38,848 bases of DNA, from contig JABLTG010000173.1 of the NCBI GenBank assembly GCA_016618085.1, forward strand, positions 1 through 38,848. The letters are read 5' to 3'. This DNA comes from Neovahlkampfia damariscottae. Taxonomy: Eukaryota. Each line of letters opens with the position of its first letter. Position 1 is the first letter of the stretch. This document shows positions 34,107 to 38,848 of this stretch, piece after piece. The notes under the pieces are model-generated. The model was not told where the DNA came from. It did no database searches and worked only from the letters and a program-made list of their open reading frames with translations. The position numbers were made by a program, and so were the translations under genes.

Positions 34107-34667
34107 CTAAATTTTCTTTATTAGTTCTTCTGTGTAATTTTTTTCATCTTTTGTCAATGAAATTTCCTCTCCATTTCGATTGATAACTTTGTCAGTTTTC
34201 AATATGTTTGATTCATTTCTGAAAAATTTGTACTCGATTTCATACTTTATAAGTTCATCATCTTCAAGTAATTTATGAGGAACCACAATTTCTTTATTAT
34301 TTTCTGTGTCGTAAGTGATGATGCAACAATCAAATTTCCCAAGTTCAAACATCAAAGGGTTTTCTGAGTTGATTTGGTATAAATTTTTTTTTTTTATGAT
34401 TTCTTTTATTCTATGAGCCTTTTCTAAAGATGTTATTTTTTCATTGAAAATAAAGTCATCAGACAACTCCAAGAAATTAACTTTTTTATCAAAAACAAAT
34501 TTTCCGAGAGCAACTTTTGAAAAGTATTCATATTTAGTTCCTAGATATCTCAAAGCATGTTCCTTTTCGAATTGAATATAAATTGCACTCCAATCCTTAT
34601 CTGTTTGTCCTTTGAAACAATTGTAGTTATTATCTTCAACTGTAGCAATTATTTTCCAACCAATCAT
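34107..34667 (-). CDS. Small protein resembling a diphtheria-toxin/exotoxin-A-type ADP-ribosyltransferase domain
   Basis: MIGWK...DKDWSAIYIQFEKEHALRY...DCCIITYDTENNKEIVVP: WxxxY-x10-Y plus a late Glu on a beta strand. The ORF is clear; the family call is by eye. Confidence 0.55.
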   Translation of the reverse strand: MIGWKIIATVEDNNYNCFKGQTDKDWSAIYIQFEKEHALRYLGTKYEYFSKVALGKFVFDKKVNFLELSDDFIFNEKITSLEKAHRIKEIIKKKNLYQINSENPLMFELGKFDCCIITYDTENNKEIVVPHKLLEDDELIKYEIEYKFFRNESNILKTDKVINRNGEEISLTKDEKNYTEELIKKI

Positions 34668-34798
34668 CAAGAATCAAAAAGAAAGGAAGAATTTTAACTC
34701 ATTTCTTCAAGTTTTTTCTGGTTTCTGAAGAAATATAAAACCTCCAATCAAATTGATTGTTTGTTCAAAATTTTTTTCATCAACCACCACTTCATTGA

Positions 34799-36238
34799 AT
34801 GTTTTTAAAAAAAATCACAGCCTTTAATATTAGTTCAAATACAACACAAAAAAGTACTTATGTTACCTTAAAACAAACAAAAACACTTAAATTTGAACAA
34901 ATTTGTCAACAAGAAAATTGGATGAAAGCAGAAAAATATTTTCAAAAATTACCTCTTGAAGAAAAGAATAATCAAAATTTTCATATACTTTTAAAAAACT
35001 TTGCAAACCAAAAAGAATACAGAAAATTAGAAGAATACTTTGATTTGATGATAAAAAGCAACATAAAACCAATTCCACATACTTTTACAATTTTACATAA
35101 ATCATTCATTGGCGTTGATATTTTTAAAAATAGAAACTATTTTAAAATGATGAATTCATATAATTACACACCATCAACACGTTTAGCAACTAAATATATT
35201 TCAAATTGTTATAAAAATCGTTTACCAAAAATGGCTGAAGAATTTGATGAAATGTTTGGTCATAAATTAGACAGAGATAGTATATATTTTAACTTTTTGA
35301 TACAAGGATGTGTTGATAACTTAAATATAAACAAAGCAATTGAATACTTTGGAAAAATGATTCAATTGGAAGTCTCACCTGATATTTTTACATTTACTCT
35401 GTTAATTAAAGGATATTTGGCAATAAATGATTATGAAACAGCAAAAAAGTTATTAGATGAAATGAAGGACTTAAATATCAAACCAAATGTTGTAACATAT
35501 GGTCAATTTTTAGATTCTTTTACATCGAATTTTGATCAAAAAAAAATTGATGAAATTCTTGAAATGATGAAAAAAGAAAATATTAAATTTAATGAAACAA
35601 TCAATACAATATTGATTAAATTGTATTTAGATCAGGATCAATACAAAAAAGCAATTGACATTTTTGAAAACGAAAAAACAAAAAATTCTTATTATTTGAA
35701 TTTGTTTATTCATTATTTTGCGGAAAAAGGAGATTTGGGTGAAATGAATTATTACTTCAAATTATTTAAAGAATTAAATTTACAACCTGATTCAATCACT
35801 TTTGGAACTTTAATCAAAGGATATGTTAAAAAAGGTCAATTCGAAGAAGCTGAAAAAATATTAACTGAAAATCACAACAGTAAAATACCTGTTACATCAA
35901 AAACAGTTGGTTTTATAATGAAAGGATATTGTGAAAGTCTTCTTGTTAAAAAAGCAGAAAATTTACTATCAAGATATGAATCTTATGGACTGAAACTTGA
36001 TCCAGAATCTTTGACTTATTTAATGAAGTGTTATTATGATTTAAAGGAACCACAAAAAGGAAGAAAATGTTTCTTAATGATGAGACATCAACAAATGAAA
36101 CCAACCATTTATACTTATTTGTTAAGATTTTTGGGTGAGTTCCAAAATCATCAAACACCAATCACAATTAAGAAGTCATTTCAAGATTTATTATCAAAAT
36201 CTGAATTGAATAAGAAATATTCAACAAATAGAAAATAA
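34799..36238 (+). CDS. Pentatricopeptide-repeat (PPR) protein, likely mitochondrial
   Basis: 35-aa repeats: YFNFLIQGC..KAIEYFGKM..VSPD, TFTLLIKGY..KLLDEM..IKPN, TFGTLIKGY..EAEKIL; basic N-terminus. Confidence 0.92.
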   Translation: MFLKKITAFNISSNTTQKSTYVTLKQTKTLKFEQICQQENWMKAEKYFQKLPLEEKNNQNFHILLKNFANQKEYRKLEEYFDLMIKSNIKPIPHTFTILHKSFIGVDIFKNRNYFKMMNSYNYTPSTRLATKYISNCYKNRLPKMAEEFDEMFGHKLDRDSIYFNFLIQGCVDNLNINKAIEYFGKMIQLEVSPDIFTFTLLIKGYLAINDYETAKKLLDEMKDLNIKPNVVTYGQFLDSFTSNFDQKKIDEILEMMKKENIKFNETINTILIKLYLDQDQYKKAIDIFENEKTKNSYYLNLFIHYFAEKGDLGEMNYYFKLFKELNLQPDSITFGTLIKGYVKKGQFEEAEKILTENHNSKIPVTSKTVGFIMKGYCESLLVKKAENLLSRYESYGLKLDPESLTYLMKCYYDLKEPQKGRKCFLMMRHQQMKPTIYTYLLRFLGEFQNHQTPITIKKSFQDLLSKSELNKKYSTNRK

Positions 36239-36246
36239 ATTTTTCG

Positions 36247-37338
36247 TCAAAGAAAATTTTTTATTCCAAATTCTTCGTAATCTTCTATTTTTATACAAAT
36301 GTCATTTTCAAAGTTAGAGATTGATGAATAGATTGAACTACCTAACCACGTTGATAATTCAGAGTTTTTGGACTTGTAAACTTTCATGTTTTCTTTGAAT
36401 AATGATGAGATTTCGATTTCCAGTCGATTCTGAAATCCTTTAAAATTGCAAGAACCTCCTGATAAAACAATTGAATTTTTCATTTTTTCAAAATCCATCA
36501 ATTTCAATGTATTTGATATTGTGTATTGAATTCCATCAGTTTCTGTGAAATCCAAGTTGTTTGTAATGATTGGTTGAAAAAATGATTCACCAACACAAAA
36601 TCTCTCAGAGTTCAAATTAATTTTCTGTCCATCTGGCAATATACATTGTTGATGTATATCTATATTTTCCATTTTTTCATTTTCCAAAGCGTAATCTTCA
36701 GCAATGTAACAGAAATTTGATTTGATAAAATCTAAATCTGATTCTGTCAAAGAGTACTTGTCTCTAAAATTTGGAATATAAGATAATAAAGTGTATAAGT
36801 AATAGGAGCAAGATGTACCACTAAAATCAAATTTTTGAAAAGTTTCCAAGTTGACATTTCCGTTTTCGATTCCAACAGAATAACTACAACCATCACCAAC
36901 CTCCAAAACAACTCCTGAGGTTCTACCAGATTCATAGAGTGACATCAAAAATTCATTTTCTAATTTGAATAAATTTGTTGAAAATGTTTCAAACATTGTT
37001 TCAAAAATGAATTTTTTTTGTTTTTTTGTTTCAAAAGGTTTGCATGTCAGTAGAACTGATTGTCCATATTCAGCAGGATACGTATTTAATTTCTGATGAA
37101 ATATCTCATTTAAAAGACCTTCATATGCTTCTTCTGTTTTTATTTTTCCTGTGCTTGATAAAAATCTATGAGTTTCAAATGATTGTTTTTCAGCTTCATG
37201 TCCAACATAAAATAATTCCTCCTTCGGATCAAATGAATATATTGATGGAAATATATATTCAGGTATATTTGAACCACCAAATCCACATTTTGTTGAATGA
37301 GAACCAATGTCTATTACAACTGTCAACGGTGAACACAT
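36247..37338 (-). CDS. Divergent actin-related protein
   Basis: VVIDIGSHSTKCGFGG..P..FPS, MFETF, SLYESGRTSGVVLEVGDG, CYIAEDY, LPDGQ..ERF..E.FFQP, IVLSGG, WLGSSI. ATG 37338 chosen because a CCAAT box lies at 37355-37351. Confidence 0.88.
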   Translation of the reverse strand: MCSPLTVVIDIGSHSTKCGFGGSNIPEYIFPSIYSFDPKEELFYVGHEAEKQSFETHRFLSSTGKIKTEEAYEGLLNEIFHQKLNTYPAEYGQSVLLTCKPFETKKQKKFIFETMFETFSTNLFKLENEFLMSLYESGRTSGVVLEVGDGCSYSVGIENGNVNLETFQKFDFSGTSCSYYLYTLLSYIPNFRDKYSLTESDLDFIKSNFCYIAEDYALENEKMENIDIHQQCILPDGQKINLNSERFCVGESFFQPIITNNLDFTETDGIQYTISNTLKLMDFEKMKNSIVLSGGSCNFKGFQNRLEIEISSLFKENMKVYKSKNSELSTWLGSSIYSSISNFENDICIKIEDYEEFGIKNFL

Positions 37339-37442
37339 AACAACAAAATCATTGGTCAAAAAAAAATCAAACTCGAATTTATTCATTTTTTCAAAAAGAC
37401 AAAAAGATTGATCTACAAAATTATTTCTAACATACAACTGTA

Positions 37443-38457
37443 TTATTTGAAAAATTGATGAAATCCAGGTTCAATCAAAGGTATCAAATCATCAATTGGA
37501 GATGTAGTAATTCTGAACTCAAAAGGTCCATTTTTCAATAATTCACCATCTTTTTTCCAATTGAATAAACATGTTCCAGTAGCATTTTCAAAAGGATTCA
37601 ATTCAATCACTTTAATTTCTTCATCTGTCACATGCAAATCCAAAATGTAATTATTTTGTGAAACCTTCAAACCATTGAAAAAATCTAATATTTGCTTTTG
37701 TATTTTTGATTTATTTTCATTGACTTGTTGAAAATAACAAAGATAATTATATTGTGAAATTGCATTCATTTGTCCATTGTATATAAAACAACGATACTCT
37801 TTATCAATTGATAATGGTTCATACCACTTCCTTATGATTAAAGATACCTTTGATAAAGAAACTTGTAAAACATTTTTTTTTTCTTACGTTAAATTTATCT
37901 TCACCTACAAGTTGAAAACATTCACCAAAATCTTCATGGACTCTTTTACTTTTGATAAATAGTTCTAATACTTCTTTTGATGTTTTTAATTTGAGCATTT
38001 CTGTGGCTACTTGTAACAAAATCCATAGTTTTGTATTTGAATCTTGTTGTTTGTCTTTCATTTCACTTTCAAATTTTTTTTTCAATAGTTCATCATTTCT
38101 GACATCTTTTGGTGATCTAGAGCTTGATTTTACGAAAACTGAACCAAATTTTAATATTGCTTGGTCAATCTTTTCTGTTAATGAATCAAGTGATTTTTCA
38201 AGTTGAATTTCATTTGTTTTTAAGAAAATTTCATGGAGTCTCATCACTACTTTTGCTTCTTTTGGTTGAATTGGAATGAAAATAGTGTCAAAAGTTTCGT
38301 ATTTCAATTCTGTGAACCTAATGAAAATTCTTAATCAAAAAAATAGAAAACCATGAATCAATGTAAGCATCTTGTATTTGATTTTTATACTCTTCAAGTT
38401 TTTTATAATCAATATCAAGTGAAGGACCACTTTTATCATTTGTGACTGTTTTCTTCA
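37443..38457 (-). CDS. CDC123/D123-like ATP-grasp protein with no ATG start (5' end replaced by element B); 2 introns
   Basis: KKTVTND...YIDSW|FTELKYETFDTIFIP (intron 38318-38351), VFVKSSSRSPKD, KSKRVHED, RKW..KEYRCF..MNAISQY, IELNPF..TCLFNW. The reading frame is otherwise intact. Confidence 0.82.
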
Positions 38458-38573
38458 CCCACTTATAAACTGGCAAAAGTGACCAAAATGATCATTTCCT
38501 CCAGTCTTGCAATCTACTCAAAATGGAGTAGAAAGGAGTTGGGTCTCAACGTCAACACCATAAAGGTATTGAC
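38456..38573 (-). ncRNA. Putative omega-RNA scaffold of element B (predicted guide = flank from 38455 downward)
   Basis: Minus strand: GTCAATACC-TTTAT-GGTGTTGAC hairpin (38573-38551); GAG/CTC stem with loop ACCCAA; TCTACTC/GAGTAGA hairpin spanning the stop codon; CTGGAGGAAATGATCA-TTT-TGGTCACTTTTGCCAG hairpin; ACCCA complementary to terminal TGGGT (38461-38457). Confidence 0.75.
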
Positions 38574-38848
38574 TCATATTTAAAGATTTGATCAATATAT
38601 TTCTTGCAGCATTCAAATCTCTATCTGCTTTATAGGAACAACTTGGGCAGATAAATGTCTTGTTTCCATAAAGTTTTTGATGTATTTTTCCACATTGACC
38701 ACATGTCTTTGGAGTGTATTCTTCTGTAACTACTTTGAGAGATAATTCTGGATATTCTTTTAATTTTTTCATCAATCTTTGTCTAAAAGAGAAATGTGAC
38801 CATGTAATTAAATTTCTTGCTGTTTTACTTCTAATCTTCCTTTCTCTT
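38518..38848 (-). CDS. Fanzor2/IS607-TnpB-like nuclease, C-terminal fragment (5' end outside window)
   Basis: RERKIRSKTARNLITWSHFSFRQRL..VVTEEYTPKTCGQCG..LYGNKTFICPSC..DRDLNAARNILIK: helix after RuvC-II, four-Cys Zn ribbon, RuvC-III Asp. Confidence 0.94.
   Translation of the reverse strand, partial: RERKIRSKTARNLITWSHFSFRQRLMKKLKEYPELSLKVVTEEYTPKTCGQCGKIHQKLYGNKTFICPSCSYKADRDLNAARNILIKSLNMSQYLYGVDVETQLLSTPF

Larger units (their letters stand above)
38456..38848 (-). mobile_element. Right end of Fanzor2-carrying IS607-like element B
   Basis: Nuclease 3' end and structured tail ending CAGTTTATAAGTGGG|TG, abutting the first codons of the CDC123-like gene. Confidence 0.82.

Noticed and set aside
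689..38206. Many short ORF-track entries overlapping real genes (e.g. 689-970, 3005-3319, 6093-6380, 22413-22721, 30371-30775, 37026-37340, 37952-38206)
   Set aside because: Antisense or alternate-frame shadows of well-supported genes, with no motifs of their own.
38518..38520. TGA as selenocysteine or reassigned codon
   Set aside because: TGA, TAA and TAG all act as normal stops elsewhere in the window, and the neighbouring hairpins fit omega-RNA rather than a SECIS element.
1..38848. Whole window as a composite transposon between two inverted Fanzor elements
   Set aside because: The two elements differ in sequence, each interrupts its own host gene, and the interior is ordinary housekeeping DNA; independent insertions plus assembly breaks are simpler.
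1..38848. CRISPR array or rRNA
   Set aside because: No regularly spaced direct repeats and no rRNA-like sequence seen.

Overview
AT-rich, very gene-dense eukaryotic (protist) nuclear DNA. It uses the standard genetic code, has tiny GT-AG introns (about 28-42 nt where mapped), and intergenic gaps are often under 100 nt. About 28 protein genes and one tRNA-Ala(UGC) are present: ATG7, NDUFS7, RWD-Kelch-BTB, a divergent alpha-tubulin, an E2/F-box fusion, a DUF4116-type repeat protein, UBA-Kelch-BTB-Gly-rich, NMT, CCCH-AlkB, three tandem orphan paralogues, two ERG28-like genes, NAA50, a USP25/28-like protease, COX5B, PAK, FIS1, G-alpha, a putative toxin-type ADP-ribosyltransferase, PPR, an actin-related gene and a CDC123-like gene. 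A heterolobosean/discoban amoeba is my guess for the host (inference only). Main result: BOTH ends of the window are 3' ends of two different Fanzor2/IS607-TnpB-like RNA-guided nuclease elements. The left one (3-215, +) is absent from the ORF track. Each carries a compact ~100-120 nt omega-RNA-like structure with a covarying pseudoknot and a shared terminus CAGTTT(A)TAAG-nnn-G|TG. Each sits inside a host gene: a Ras-like GTPase on the left, and apparently the ATG of the CDC123-like gene on the right. All structures and family calls were made by eye; no searches or folding programs were run.
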